64,000 nt of DNA, from contig NIVC01000517.1 in NCBI GenBank assembly GCA_002269645.1, positions 373,253 to 437,252 of the forward strand, read 5' to 3'. Positions 23,935 through 37,900 of this stretch are shown here, piece after piece. Source of the DNA: Macrostomum lignano. Lineage: Eukaryota. Every line of letters begins with the position of its first letter. Within the stretch, counting starts at the first letter, position 1. The notes below the pieces were generated by a model. It searched no databases and was not told the origin of the DNA. It was given only the letters and a program-made list of their open reading frames with translations. The translations under genes and the position numbers were made by a program.

Positions 23935-24510
23935 CTCTACCCACTTCTCCCACACCCCTCTCTACCTACATGCACTTCTCTCCGAGTCAACTCCACTTTC
24001 TACCCACTTCTCTCCCAGCCTCTCCCTCTCTACCCACTTCTGTCCCAGTCAACCCCCTCTCTACCCACTTCTCTCCCAGTCAACCTCTCTCTACCCACTT
24101 CTGTCCCAGTCAACCCCCTCTCTACCCACTTCTCTCCCAGTCAACCCCCTCTCTACCCACTTCTCTCCCAGTCAACCCCCTCTCTACCCACTTCTCTCCC
24201 AGTCAACCTCTCTCTACCCACTTCTGTCCCAGTCAACCCCCTCTCTACCCACTTCTCTCCCAGTCAACCCTCTCTCTACCCACTTCTCTCCCAGTCAACC
24301 CTCTCTCTACCCACTTCTGTCCCAGTCAACCCCCTCTCTACCCACTTCTCTTCGAGTCAACTCCCTTTCTACCCACTTCTCTCCCAGCCTCTCCCTCTCT
24401 ACCCACTTCTCTTCCACTCACTCCATATCTCTACCCACTTCTCTTCCACTCACTTTATATCTCTACCCACTTCTCTTCCACTCACTCCATATCTCTACCC
24501 ACTTCTCCCC
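23935..24510. repeat. 30-31-bp pyrimidine-rich minisatellite (CTACCCACTTCTCTCCCAGTCAACCCCCTCT)
   Basis: Tandem copies directly upstream of the small Tim gene. Confidence 0.95.
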
Positions 24511-24570
24511 GAAGGCACTGCGTATTCGTCAATGCGCCAAAAATAAAAAACAATTGCAGCCAACACAACG

Positions 24571-24843
24571 ATGGACGAAATTGAAGCGGCCCTTCAAACT
24601 GCCAGCATGCGCGAGTTTCTCACGCACTACAACCAGATGGTGCAGTCCTGCTTCAGCAGATGCGTGCACACCCTGTGGGACAGACGGCTGACTGATTCTG
24701 AGCTGAGCTGCAGCAATAATTGCATAGCAACTCTGATCGCTAGTCAGGGTCGCATCAGCCAGGCCTACCTGACAGCCAGCGGCAAAACCTTTGCTAGGCA
24801 GCCCGCTTCTGGTGCGGAGGATTCCGCTGGGACTAGTAGTTAA
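24571..24843 (+). CDS. TIMM10B: Small Tim mitochondrial intermembrane-space chaperone (twin CX3C), closest in pattern to Tim10b/Tim9
   Basis: REFLTHYNQMVQSCFSRCV...ELSCSNNC...LIASQGRISQAY. The family is clear; the paralog assignment is tentative. Confidence 0.8.
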   Translation: MDEIEAALQTASMREFLTHYNQMVQSCFSRCVHTLWDRRLTDSELSCSNNCIATLIASQGRISQAYLTASGKTFARQPASGAEDSAGTSS

Positions 24844-25267
24844 TCCCAGTGAATTAATCGCCATATAATCCCCATCCACAATCACCTTTCAAATGTGACT
24901 ATAAGCATATAATTAAACCATCAATTGATTTTTTAAGTATTGAATAATGAGATCAAAGTTCCCTGATTTCAAATAGTATCATTTTTATGTAGTTCACGCG
25001 CATGTAATTGTGTATATATTTGTTAATCATGCTACGAGTATTCTATGCATTTTACTAGTTAATTTAGTTAATTATATAGTCATGAGGGCACAGGTTTGTT
25101 TTAATGAGTAAATGAAGAAAAAAAGTTTGGCAAGATGCAAAATCTGTCATTGATTTTTTAATTGAAAAGGCAATATTTAACTTGAAGAAAATATAGCGCT
25201 ATATACATCCTGGAAGTAACAAGCCGTCTAGCTGCATCATCTCATCGCATTCATACATCTCAAATCG

Positions 25268-28200
25268 TCAATTTTTCGCCTTTCTTCTCGACGCTTTCGT
25301 CCGTTCATGTCGAATTGTCTCGGCTTCTAAAGCCGACATCTCCACTAATCGCTGTACGAACGATGCCGGGCCTCCGATGGCCGCCTCGGCGAATCGGTAC
25401 CTCTCCTCTGCAGTGATAGAGACCAGTGTTTAGGCTCAAGATTTCCTAGATATCACAGGGTTTTTTGTGCGATTCACACCTATAAGGGTCAAGATTTCCT
25501 AGATATCACAGGGTTTTTGTGCGATTCACACCTATAAGGGCCAACCTCTAAGTGTACACGCTTGACCAGTAGAAAGTCGGGGGACCGCTGTACACCCTGT
25601 GTGAGCGTGTGTATTATTGCGTGCCTGCGTACAGTATTGGCGCGCTTGTAGGTGTTCAGGTTTCGAGATGGATTTCGCCTAAGCCGTTACGCCAGGGTGC
25701 CCACAAATGCATGCACATTAATACAGTAATACATATACGTGTTGGACTGTTGAACTGACAGCAGTTCTCCAGGGACATGCCAATGCTTTGTCCTTTCCCC
25801 ACCCCACCTTGTGACTTTCTATGGAAATCGATCATTTTGCTTCAGGGCACCAAAATGAGTGCCTGCGGGGCTAAATTGAGTGTGCCTGCGGTGCTAAATT
25901 GAGTGCCTGCTGCGCTAAATTGAGTGCCTGCGGGGCTAAATTGAGTGCCTGCTGCGCTAAATTGAGTGCCTGCGAATGTACACTTGACTTTCTAATCGTC
26001 AGGCTCATAAGTGTGGCTTCGCACTGCTGTCTGTTCACGCAGGGAGCCACAAATTCTCACCATCTGAGTTGGCCTGCTGATTCAGTCTCGAGTTTTGCCC
26101 GCCGCCAGTCTGCTGTAGCCTGGCGTAGCTTGGCCGCTGCAGAGCTCTTCTGTTGTTGCTTAACGCCTGTTTGTGCTGTTGTTGTTGTTGCTGCTGCTGC
26201 TGCTGCTGCTGGCTGGTCGGAGCGCCCATCATCTGAGAGTCGCTAATTGGCGGATAGCTGGCGGTCTCTTCTGCAGTTGAAGTGTCCCCTGTTGCGCCTG
26301 TAACTGCTGCGTCGCCTGATTGGAATTTGTGGTTTTTTATTATCAGCCTGTGTTGCTTTTGCGTGCAATCTCACCTGTCAGACAAAACCAGCTGACAGAA
26401 TCACACCTGTCAGACAGAACCAGCTGACAGAATCACACCTGTCAGACAAAACCAGCTGACAGAATCACACCTGTCAGACAAAACCAGCTGACAGAATCAC
26501 ACCTGTCAGATAGAACCAGCTGACAGAATCACACCTGTCAGACAAAACCAGCTGATAGAATCACACCTGTCAGACAAAACCAGCTGACAGAATCACACCT
26601 GTCAGATAGAACCAGCTGACAGAATCTCACTTGTCAGACAAAACCAGCTGACAGAATCTCACTTGTCAGACAAAACCAGCTGACAGAATCTCACCTGTCA
26701 GACAGAACCAGCTGACAGAATCTCACCTGTCAGATAGAACCAGCTGACAGAATCACACCTGTCAGACAGAAACAGCTGACAGAATCACACCTGTCAGACA
26801 GAACCAGCTGACAGAATCTCACCTGTCAGACAGAACCAGCTGACAGAATCACACCTGTCAATGGAACAACACCCGTGATGAGGAAATGCTTTACAACTCA
26901 CCAAACACGCTGGAGTCCCGAAGCCCCATTGCTCGTTGCGAGCTCGACTGCTTTGGATTTTTCCCTTTATTCCACAGCCTCCACTGCTCGGGGGTGCCGC
27001 TAGCCGCCATCGCGGATCCATTTGCCAGTCCGAAGCCGATTCCAGCGAGGTCCAGGGTTCGATTGGTGCCCCTGAGCAGCACTCGGGAGTGAGTGGGCGG
27101 CGGCGGAGGGCGCTGAAGAGTCGCCTGCTGTTGCGGCGCGTTGGCCATTCTGTGAGACGATTTTGCGCCATCGCCTTTGATCAGTGCTCCCGAGCTTGAA
27201 AAATAATTAGGATTTGAATAAATTATAGTTGGATTGCGAAATTTGTGTTTCCATCGAAAATCTACTTGATTATAGAAACTTTGGGTAAGTGGTAGCTTAG
27301 TTGATATAAGCGTGTACTTTTAATGGCTTCTTGATTTCCGAAATTACTGGTTTTTTATTTATCGTAATTATCCCAAACTACATGTAATTGGCGATAACAA
27401 TAACTTGATCTATTATTATATAGTTATAGTAACAGGAATTGTTTGTTGAATTAGATAGCAATAATGCGATCGGTGGCGGCAAAATGGGATCGGTGGCGAT
27501 AAAATGGGATCGGTGGCGATAAAATGGGATCGGTGGCGATAAAATGGGATCGGTGGCGATAAAATGGGATCGGTGGCGATAAAATGTGATCGTTGGCGGC
27601 AAAATGGGATCTATGGTGCCAAAATGGGATCTATGGCGCCAAAATGGGATCTATGGCGCCAAAATGGGATCTATGGCGCCAAAATGGGATCTATGGCGCC
27701 AAAATGGGATCTATGACGCCAGAATGAGATCCTGCGCCAAAATGGGATAGTGGCGCTTAAATGGGATCTATGGCGCCAAACTGAGATCGGTGGCGCCAAA
27801 AAAATGGGATCTATGGTGCTAAAATGGGACTGGGGGCGCCAACATGGAAACTATAGCTCCAAAAATGGGATCGCTACATGACGCCACAAAAAATGGATGC
27901 TTTGCAGGGGGGGTCCGTGCTCACAGCGCCGTTAAACTGTCTTCATCAGCTGGTTCACCAGCAGCGGTGGCAACTTTCTGGCCAAACAGTCGAGTCACCA
28001 GCAAGCTGCCCACCAGCAGCCGGCACTTGCACTCGATTGTAGCCTCCTGCACCGTCATCTCAGACTGGCAGCACAGTCTGTGGTTCTTCTCTCGAATTTC
28101 AGGCAACCAGCCACTAGCAGCTGATAACTGCTTCTGCTCAATTGCAGTTGTCGAGCTCATCATCATCTCCAGATGATGCTGATAGCCAATTAGCTGAAAT

Positions 28201-31200
28201 CGTCGACCTTTTGACGAAGCCATTCTTTTGCTTGTGCTGAGTCCGTTGAGTCTGGGATTGGCACATATCTTATATATTCCACATCTATCAGAGCCAATAT
28301 TCCGCATTAATATTAACCAAAGAGTCACGTCTCATGAACTATTCATACTGTACATATACGGATTGCTCAGGACTTGCATACGGCAGTTAGGAGCTTAAAG
28401 TTTCTGGTAAGAATAACTGACTATATAGCTTGCACTTTTAGGTAGCCACTAGCAACAGTGATGACGGCGGCTTCGGGACACGAGATTAAGTCTGTGGTAA
28501 AACTCCCGTTTGATCCAGGGGCGGTGGATACGATCTTTCGTTTGAGGAGCGCCATTACATTCGAGGGGGGCGCCATTTCGATCATTTGAGACGGGCGCCA
28601 TTTCATTTGATAATGGCGCCATTTCATTTGAGAGGGGCGCCATTTCTTTTGTGAGGGGCGCCATTTCTTTTGAGAGGGGCGCCATTTCATTTGAGAGGGG
28701 CGCCATTTCTTTTGAGGGAGCGCCATTTCATTTGAGACGGGCGCCATTTCACTTTAGAGGGCGCCATTTCTTTTGTGGGAGCGCCATTTCTTTTGAGGGA
28801 GCGCCATTTCTTTTGAGAGGGGCGCCATTTCATTTGATAATGGCACCATTTCTTTTGAGAGGGGCGCCATTTCTTAGGAAGCGCCAATTCTTTTGAGGTA
28901 GCGCGATTTCTTTTGAGGGGGCGCCATTTCATTTGAGAGGGGCGCCATTCTTTTGAGGGAGCGCCATTTCATTTGAGACGGGCGCCATTTCATTTGAGAG
29001 GGCGCCATTTCTTTTGAGGTAGCGCGATTTCTTTTGAGAGGGCGCCATTTCATTTGAGAGGGCGCCATTTCTTTTGAGAGGGGCGCCATTTCATTTGAGA
29101 GGGCTCCATTTTTTTAGAGAGGGGCGCCATTTCATTTTAATGGGCGCCATTTTTAATAGGAGGGAGCACCATTTTTGAGGGGGCGCCATTTCATTCCAAG
29201 GGGCGCCATTCCGTCTATTGGTTAGCTTAGTTATCAATGCTACGCTCTCCCAAACAATACAGCCAGGTGTACTGAGGAAAAAAAGCTACGGAGCTACGAC
29301 ACTGCTTCCTCTGAAAAGCCATCAATTTTTTTACGTTTTTGCTACAATGTGCCGTCAGGTAAAATGAAATGACGTTTCATGCAAAAGAAAGTTTGCATAC
29401 ATAAATATTGAGAGCCAAGATTCTTGAGTGCACCGGTTGTATGCGATATTGCGTGAAGTCAAAGCACGGTTGACAGTGATTGATGAAGGACGGAGGAACA
29501 AGCATATTGTGTCAGTAGGGACTGCAACCTCTTTGAGCTCTCTACAAGTCTAGCATGCATATCCAGCTGGTCATAGCGATTTGTAAAGCTAATGTGGGTT
29601 AATTGCAGATTGAAAATTTGAATTAGGGGAGGGAGAGACTTGATTGGTTGATAGAGAGATCGACAGATTGATTGTGAGACTAATGGATTGGTGGATTCAT
29701 TGATAGATTGGTAGATTGATAGATATATTGATTGATTGATTGATTGACTGATTAATGGAAAGATTGATAAATTAATGTAGATTGATAGATCATTTCATTG
29801 ACTGATAGCATGGATAGATTGATTGATTGATTGATAGATGAGAGATTGATTTATTGATGGAGATTAATGGTTTAGTAGTAAAAATAATGAAATAATATAT
29901 AGATTGTCATTGACTCATACAGACATTGATAGATTGATAAAGAGATCAAGAGTTTGATAGAGATTGACGAATTGATAGATTTATACAGAGATTATTTGAT
30001 TAATTGATTGATATTAATATATTGAAAGATTGATTGACCCAGATTGCAGGCTGTTGCAGAAAAAAAGGCAGGTTATGCCTTTTACAGATTTCCCTCACCA
30101 TAATTTTCCTTTGTTAGCAAGGCTCAAAGAGGCCACACTGCTGCCTTCATCTAGATCGATCATCTCCGAGAGGTTAGCGTCATCTTCGTCCGGCTGTCTG
30201 TGGGATGTGACATCTTCGCCGACCTCAGCTGTCGCAGCCGCCGCAGCCAGAGTGGCCAACCGTCTACGAAAGTCAGCCAGCAGCCTTCGATATTCGCGCG
30301 ACTCTCCATCATCCGCTTGATGGTCGGCCTCGTCTTCTTCGACTGTTGGAGAAGGATCGAAATGAAGTCTCCGGGATCTGCGCAACTGCACCGACTGGAT
30401 AATTAATGCCGAATTGCGGTCGCAGGTTCGACTCGTGCAAGTGGTCTGACTGCTTCCCGTAGACATTAATTAGCACCTCCGGGATGGCTCAATATATGGC
30501 TGTTTTTCCAATTCCCAAGTCGGAACAGCGGAACTGCCTTTTCTGCCTCCGGTGCTTCTCTCCAACCTTTTCCCATTGCTTTTATTTCCATCTGTTCCTC
30601 TCTCTCAACCCCCCCTCTTTTCTTTTGTTTTTGCAGCCTGCCCTCATTGGAGCAGCAAAATGCATGCGAGAAGGGGTGTAGAATAATACAGAATTGTATC
30701 CAAGGAAATCGTAGACCAGAATTGGGAGTTGCATTTCTATTTTTAAATCACCATTTTCCGGCGCTAAAGTCTCAACTGTGGCGCCAAATTTCTGACGCTA
30801 AATTTGCGCTAAAATATGATAACTTGGGGGGGGGGTGGCTCACGAGACAGCCCTGCAGAAGAACACAGCAGAATCTCGTCCATCTGCTGACGGTAAACTC
30901 CAGATCCTGGTTCCCAGTCTCTTTGGCTGCTACACGTAAAGAGCTTTTAATTGCCTATGCGGCCTTCCGACTACAATGGGCTGCTTAGGTAAGTACGCGC
31001 TTAGATTGGTTAATGGTTTCCTTCATGCAGTGTTTTGCTCCATCCTAAAATCGTCATGCCGTTTGAAACAATTTCTATGGGAGCTTAAAAAGAACACTGT
31101 ATTCACATAGTAATTATAGGACTTCTCTCCATTGAGCCTATTGCTGATTTTTCTGTCCGTCCAAAATGTGTACTGTTACGCAATTGAAAGTACAAATATG

Positions 31201-33953
31201 GACAACTGCAAGAGCAGGACTGTAAAACACATTAAGCGAGACACGAAGCTTTTTTCTCAGCTAGCTGTTCCTAATCTAAAGTAGTAAAAAAAAGACTAAT
31301 TAATTAGAGTTTGTTTGGGCAAGGGCCCAAAATGAGTAATATTTATAAGGCATATTGAGATTTAATTAGAGGGGGTTCAGTGTAGATAAGACAAAGAGGG
31401 GTGGAGTGGGCGACGAAAAAAGAGGCGAGATCGAAGAGCCAATCAGAAGGCAGCGAGGGAGAGAGAGAAAATAACAAGACTGAGCTAGACAGAGCGGGAC
31501 AGAAATCAGAGTAAACAGAGACAAGTGCAGATGAACTAAGAAATGAATAATTGTATAGAGTCGCGGTCGCAGATTTTTCTTGGGCGAATTCGTCTATGGC
31601 AAAACCCCATTCATCGTTAAGCCAGAAAGCTAATTTTCGCAGAACCCGCTTAGAAAACGCAACTTTTGATACTTTTCCAATTATTCTTCTCGATTAGGTA
31701 ATCCGGTAAAACAAATCGGATGAAAACTTCTACATCTTGCCAATGCATTTTTGTGTAGCTTTATATCATGAGGAAGAAACTTCAGAAAATTTGGTTAGTA
31801 GCTATGATTTTTAGACACTTATTATAAGATACAAAACTTCAGATGACGGTTGGTTAATATAGTTATTAGTATTCTTAAATAAATTGTGTAGTAAAAGTTA
31901 TTAATTAGTTAATTTCATCTCAACCTGTTAATACTGTCAATTTATTTTACCTGGACAGTAGCAACGAATCGCAACGCTTTTTAAGCTCTTCAATTTCTGT
32001 TTCCAATAGAGAATCGCTTCCATCAGTTGTGAGAAGCGATCTGAAATCTGTACAAAAATTAAATAACTACTTTAAATTGCATCTGAATGAAATCGTCTTG
32101 CGTGCAGCTTTTAAATTAACATTTAGTCAGTATAGCAGTGCTGATTGGTGATCAAATGAATTTGTGCTTTTTGAGGATAAATAACGAAAAAAATGTGCTT
32201 TAGCTGTACAAACATTTACACCGTGACATGCATGCAGGCATAGATAATAAAAGCATTAAAAATACACTTTCTTCATTATAAATCGCTTCCTCCCATTATT
32301 CTCTGATGCCTTGAGGACCACCCTCTCCTAGTTATTTTAGACAGCCACCCCTCCTCCCCAGTTATTTTTGACAGCCACCCCTCCTCCCCAGTTATTTTAG
32401 ACAGCCACCCCTCCCCAGTTATTTTTGACAGCCACCCCTCCTCCCCAGTTATTTTTGACAGCCACCCCTCCTCCCCAGTTATTTTTGACAGCCACCCCTC
32501 CTCCCCAGTTATTTTAGACAGCCACCCCTCCTCCCCAGTTATTTTTGACAGCCACCCCTCCTCCCCAGTTATTTTTGACAGCCATCCCTCCTCCCCAGTT
32601 ATTTTAGACAGCCATCCCTCCTCTCCAGTTATTTTAGACAGCCACCCCTCCTCCCCAGTTATTTTAGACAGCCACCCCTCCTCCCCAGTTATTTTTGACA
32701 GCCACCCCTCCTCCCCAGTTATTTTTGACAGCCACCCCTCCTCCCCAGTTATTTTTGACAGCCACCCCTCCTCCCCAGTTATTTTAGACAGCCACCCCTC
32801 CTCCCCAGTTATTTTTGACAGCCACCCCTCCTCCCAGTTATTTTTGACAGCCATCCCTCCTCTCCAGTTATTTTAGACAGCCGTCCCTCCTCCCCAGTTA
32901 TTATAGACAGCCACCCCTCCTCCCCAGTTATTAAAGACAGCCCCCCCCTCCTCCCCAGTTATTATAGACAGCCACATCTCCTCCCCAGTTATTATAGACA
33001 GCCACCCCTCCTCCCCAGTTATTATAGGCAGCCGGCCCTCCTCCCCAGTTATTATAGACAGCCACACCTCCTCCCCAGTTATTATAGACAGCCACCCCTC
33101 CTCCCCAGTTATTATAGACAGCCACCCCTCCTCCCCAGTTATTTTAGACAGCCACACCTCCTCCCCAGTTATTATAGACAGCCACCCCTCCTCCCCAGTT
33201 ATTATAGGCAGCCGGCCCTCCTCCCCAGTTATATTATACGGCAGCCGCCCCTCCTCCCCAGTTATTTTAGACAGCCACCCCTCCTCCCCAATAATTTTAG
33301 GCAGGTGACCCTCCACTGCCATTTATTTTAGAAAGCTACCCCTCCTTGCTTTTATATTATAACCAATTTTAACGACCATTCTCTTAAGGAGTGAGTTTTC
33401 TGGAGCAAAGTAAAATAAAAATAAAAAGATGTGCTTGCAATACATACAAAAATGAAGTCTTATTTTTAAGAGCAATGCGCTATTCAAGACTTCGTGCGTT
33501 TAATTTTTTTAGGAAGCAGAAAGCGTAGTTTCTGACCAGCATACTTACATGTACCATTAGTTATCTGGTCAGATTGAAAGTACATATAGAACTGTAGATT
33601 TTCGCTGCAAATTATTATTGTGTATAAACTTCTCAATCGCTGATAATAAAAGCGTATCAACTACTTTGCTGTTTATTGACCAAGAAAATCAAACTGCATA
33701 TTGTTAACTCACTTCTATCTGGCACAGGCGGCGGCAGCAAGCGAGGTCTTGTTCGATTTGTTGCCATACTCGACGCAGCTACCTGCTGAGATCCGTAGTC
33801 GTTTAGTAGTAGAAGCCGATGAGGATGAAGCTTGCTTGATGCAGAATCCTTAACTGAGAATGGGTCGTTTGAGTCGTTCAAGCAATCGTTCTCGCCAGCT
33901 CTCTGCTGCTCCATGCGGACAGTGACTAAAGTTGCTCGCAGCTGCGCTCTCAT
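25268..33953 (-). CDS. Unrecognised ~555 aa low-complexity protein; exons 33953-33713, 32047-31951, 30929-30844, 30342-30099, 28236-27925, 27194-26902, 26315-26061, 25407-25268
   Basis: Eight GC-rich exons chained with GT-AG sites and consistent phases (1668 nt). Ordered-looking C-terminus EERYRFAEAAIGGPASFVQRLVEMSALEAETIRHERTK. The 28.2 kb acceptor is the weakest junction. Confidence 0.6.
25775..25975. mobile_element. Truncated copy of the minisatellite-bearing MITE at 35441-35850
   Basis: Shares ACATGCCAATGCTTTGTCC...CCACCCCACC...ATGGAAATC...TTTTGCTTCAGGGC and 21-bp GAGTGCCTGC monomers. Confidence 0.75.
26370..26860. repeat. 32-bp minisatellite (CACACCTGTCAGACAAAACCAGCTGACAGAAT)
   Basis: About 15 copies; each monomer has an internal CTGTCAG/CTGACAG inverted repeat. 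Confidence 0.96.
27468..27890. repeat. 20-bp minisatellite (GGCGCCAAAATGGGATCTAT / GGCGATAAAATGGGATCGGT)
   Basis: Two sub-blocks of variant monomers. Confidence 0.93.
28548..29210. repeat. ~21-bp minisatellite (GGCGCCATTTCATTTGAGAGG)
   Basis: About 30 variant copies. Confidence 0.95.
29640..30035. repeat. Degenerate (GATT/GATA)n tract
   Basis: Directly visible. Confidence 0.9.
32310..33310. repeat. 30-bp minisatellite (GACAGCCACCCCTCCTCCCCAGTTATTTTT)
   Basis: About 33 copies; source of the EEGWLSKITG ORFs. Confidence 0.97.
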
Positions 33954-34941
33954 TGGTTGCTGCTGCTGCGATTCTGCCTTCTGATCAGTCTGCAATTTGC
34001 CGAAATATACGCTTGAAAATATCCCTTTTTACTACTAAACCGAAGCCAATAGTCCAGTAGTACTATTAAAAGGAAATTGAAGGGACATACGAGCGTAAGT
34101 CTAAATTTCTCGTGAAGTCAATAGTGTGCGTGAAACAGCATGGTGTTGGGGCAGGGAGAAAGGTGGTAACATGGGGTGTTGGGCAGGGGGAGAGGAGGGT
34201 GCATGGGGTGTTGGGGCAGGAGGTGAGGAGGCAAGGGGTGTGAGGTGTTGGGGCAGGGGTGAGGAGGAACGGGGTGTTGGGGCAGGAGGTTCAAATTCAA
34301 ATTGACATCTCATTTTAGCATTTTAGCAGATAAGAAAAATCTATAAGAGCGCAATAAAGGCGCAAAAAATCTTTAAAGTCCATTTTAAGCTTTGTTATAA
34401 AAATGTCTTTCGCAAAATAGAGAAAATAATACCAAGAAGAGGACAGCAGATGATACAAAAGAAGATTCTAATACCGCATCAATAAATTGTCATTTCCATT
34501 ATACTGGTAAATTTGTAATCTAGAGCAGAAAATTGAATAATTCGTACAACCATACAGCTACTATAGATAAACATCCTACAAGGTCCACAACAAATCGTGA
34601 TGATAAATTAACCTTTGAAAAATCAAATCTCAAATGAACCTGCCCTTTGTAATCTTAAATTGGACCGACACTGGCCTCTCTTTGATCTTTAAATGGGCCG
34701 ACACCAACCCTCTTTGATCTTTAATTGAGCCGACATCACTCCAGAGACTAATTAACGTAACGTAACGTAACGTAATCTTCTAGTGGTCCTTGCATCACTA
34801 TTCTTTGATCTTTAATTGGAGCCGACATCACCTTAATTTGATCGTCAATTTGACTGAATTTTAGCCTTACTTAGATTTCATGCAAACTATGGTTTCAGTT
34901 TTTCAAGCGTCACTGCACTAATCGTTATTTTTTATAGTTCG

Positions 34942-37900
34942 TTATGGTTCGATATTTTTTGTTAAGCGTCTTTTGTCTTCCTCATCCTCCGTAGCCACAT
35001 CGATTGCCTCTCCGCTTGAAGCTTCAACATTTAGCCAACGAACGGTTCGACGATCAACCGACTTTGCGCTGAGCCAAGCCTGGCATGGGAATCTTCGTCG
35101 CTCGCCAGATGGCTCGACAATGTCCACCGACTCCAGAAACCAGTGCGCGTAAGCTGAATCTCCTGGTCCATTAGCTAAGTGCTCAACTTTGATGCGTCTC
35201 AACTGGCCCACGTTTGGCAAGCCGGTCAGAAAAAACTTGTCGGTGCGACCTCGGGCAAACTGGCGTCGGTGGGTGCGGCTGTTGGACAGAAGTACCGGCT
35301 GCAACATTCGGGGGGAATGGTAGCGGAGCTCGGTTCTAATGCCAAATGTCAAAATAACAAACCATCAAAACCCATCGATCAGGGGCTGCTAATAGCTAAG
35401 CGATGACACGTCCAACCCTTAAGTCGAAAACGTACATAGCCGCAGGGGCGTCGCCACCGGTGGGGGGGGGGCAGGAACATGCCAATGCTTTGTCCCCCCA
35501 CCCCACCTTTGTTGACCTGTTATGGAAATCAATAATTTTGCTTCAGGGCGACAAAAATGGGGCCTGCGGCGCTAAAAAATAAGTGCCTGCATGCGGCGCC
35601 TAAATAAGTGCCTTTGGCGCTAAAAGGAGTTCCTGCGGCGCTGAAATGAGTGCCTGCGGCGCTAAAATGAGTGCCTGCGGCGCTAAAATGAGTGCCTGCG
35701 GCGCTGAAATGAGTGCCTGCGGCGCTGAAATGATCGCTGACAACACAGATTCTGCAAAAGATATACATGTAGAAACTTAGTCATGTAAATGTACGTGCAG
35801 AATTCTTGGCTTTGTCCCCCAACCATAAAATCCATGGCGACGCCCCTGCGTGTAGGCTCTAGAAATTTTCAGAGATCTGGTTCACTTTTTCAGCATTTTT
35901 ATTTTCAGCATTTATAACTCTCTACGCTAAGCTTCAATCGCTGCGTTTACTTTGCGCCGATATGTATCGATATTTTACTTCAGAATTAATTTAAAATCAC
36001 TGGATATCGAAATTTAAACAGAAGCAGCCGGCCGCTTACCTGCGAAGCGCCTCGATCTCCACACAGAGTGAGCCGCACCGGGTGCCTCGTACCGGCGCCA
36101 ACCCGATCTCCGGTAACCACGGTGACGGTGTAGTCAAAGCAATGAGGACCAGGAGCCGAAGCCGGAGGATCGTTATAGTAGTTTTCGAAATCGTCAGATC
36201 CGCCATTAAGTGACGATGCTGCATCCTCTGGTGGCGCTACGATGTGCACCACCTGTGGCTCCCCGTCTGCGTAAACCGAAGCTTCCGAACTTTCTCCGCG
36301 ACGAAAACCGTCGCCGTCGCCTTCTTTGGTGGTTTTACGACCGCCCGACTTTTTTCTACCGGTTGCTGCAACTTCAAGAGTCTCCTTTTTAGCCAAGCCG
36401 GCCCTCCCGCCCGACTGTCTGTCGCTGCCATCGGCCCCGCCGCTTTTGCCGTCCACATCTTCGGAGTCGCCGTCGGCGGCCAAATAGGTGAGAATTTCGC
36501 CGCTGCTTCGCACTAGGAAGCCGCGCTCTCGCCGACTGCACGGCATTGGCGGCGCCGACCGCAGAAATCCGTTGCTGCCCGCTGAAGTGTGGGATTTTCG
36601 TGCGGGATTTTTTTCCGATTTGGGGATTTTTTGCGACTTGGGGATTTTTGTGCGATTTGGGGATTTTTGTGCGATTTGTGGATTTTTGTGCGATTTGTGG
36701 ATTTTTGTGCGATTTGGGGATTTTTGTGCGATTTGGGGATTTTTTGCGACTTGGGGATTTTTGTGCGATTTGGGGATTCTCGTGAGATTTGGGGATTTTT
36801 GTGCGATTTGGGGATTTTTGTGCGATTTGGGGATTTTTTGCGACTTGGGGATTTTTGTGCGATTTGGGGATTCTCGTGAGATTTGGGGATTTTTGTGCGA
36901 TTTAGGGGATTTTGTGCGATTTGGGGATTTTTGTGCGATTTGTGGATTTTTGTCCGATTTGGGGATTTTTTGCGACTTGGGGATTTTTGTCCGATTTGTG
37001 GATTTTTTGAGCGATTTGGGGGATTTATGTGCGATTTGGGGATTTTTGTGCGATTTGGGGATTTTTTGAGCGATTGGGGGGATTTATGTGCGATTTGGGG
37101 ATTTCTGTGCGATTTGGAGATTTTTTGAGCGATTGGGGGGATTTATGTGCGATTTGGGGATTTTTGTGCGCTGGAGAGGACACAGATGAGTATGGAGAGG
37201 ACACAGTAGGGATGGAGAGGACACAGTGGGGATGGAGAGAACACAGTGGGATGGAGAGGACACAGTGGGATGGAGAGGACACAGTGGGGATGGAGAGAAC
37301 ACAGTGGGATGGAGAGGACACACTGGGGATGGAGAGGACACACTGGGGATGGAGAGGACACAGTTGGGATGGAGAGGACTCAGTGAGGATAGAGAGGGCA
37401 CAGTGAGGATAGAGAGGACACAGTGGGGATACAGAGGACACAGTGGGGATGGAGAGGGCACAGTGGGGATAGAGAGGACACAGTGAGGATAGAGAGGGCA
37501 CAGTGAGGATAGAGAGGACACAGTGGGGATACAGAGGACACAGTGGGGATGGAGAGGACACAGTTGGGATGGAGAGGACATAGTAGGGATGGAGAGGGCA
37601 CAGTGGGGATGGAGAGGACACAGTCAGTGGAAATATAGAGGACACAGTTGGAATGGAGAGGACACAGTTGGGATGGAGAGGACACAGTGAGGATGGAGAG
37701 GACACAGTGGGGATGGAGAGGACACAGTGAGGATAGAGAGGACACAGTGGGGATACAGAGGACACAGTGGGGATAGAGAGGACACAGTGAGGATGGAGAG
37801 GACACAGTGGGGATGGAGAGGACACAGTGGGGATAGAGAGGACACTGTGGGGATGGAGAGGACACAAGTGGAGAGGACACAGTGAGGATGGAGAGGACAC

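Noticed and set aside
32276-33322. EEGWLSKITG repeat ORFs that look like a repeat protein
   Set aside because: 30-bp intronic minisatellite inside the 8-exon gene; no splice or start context.
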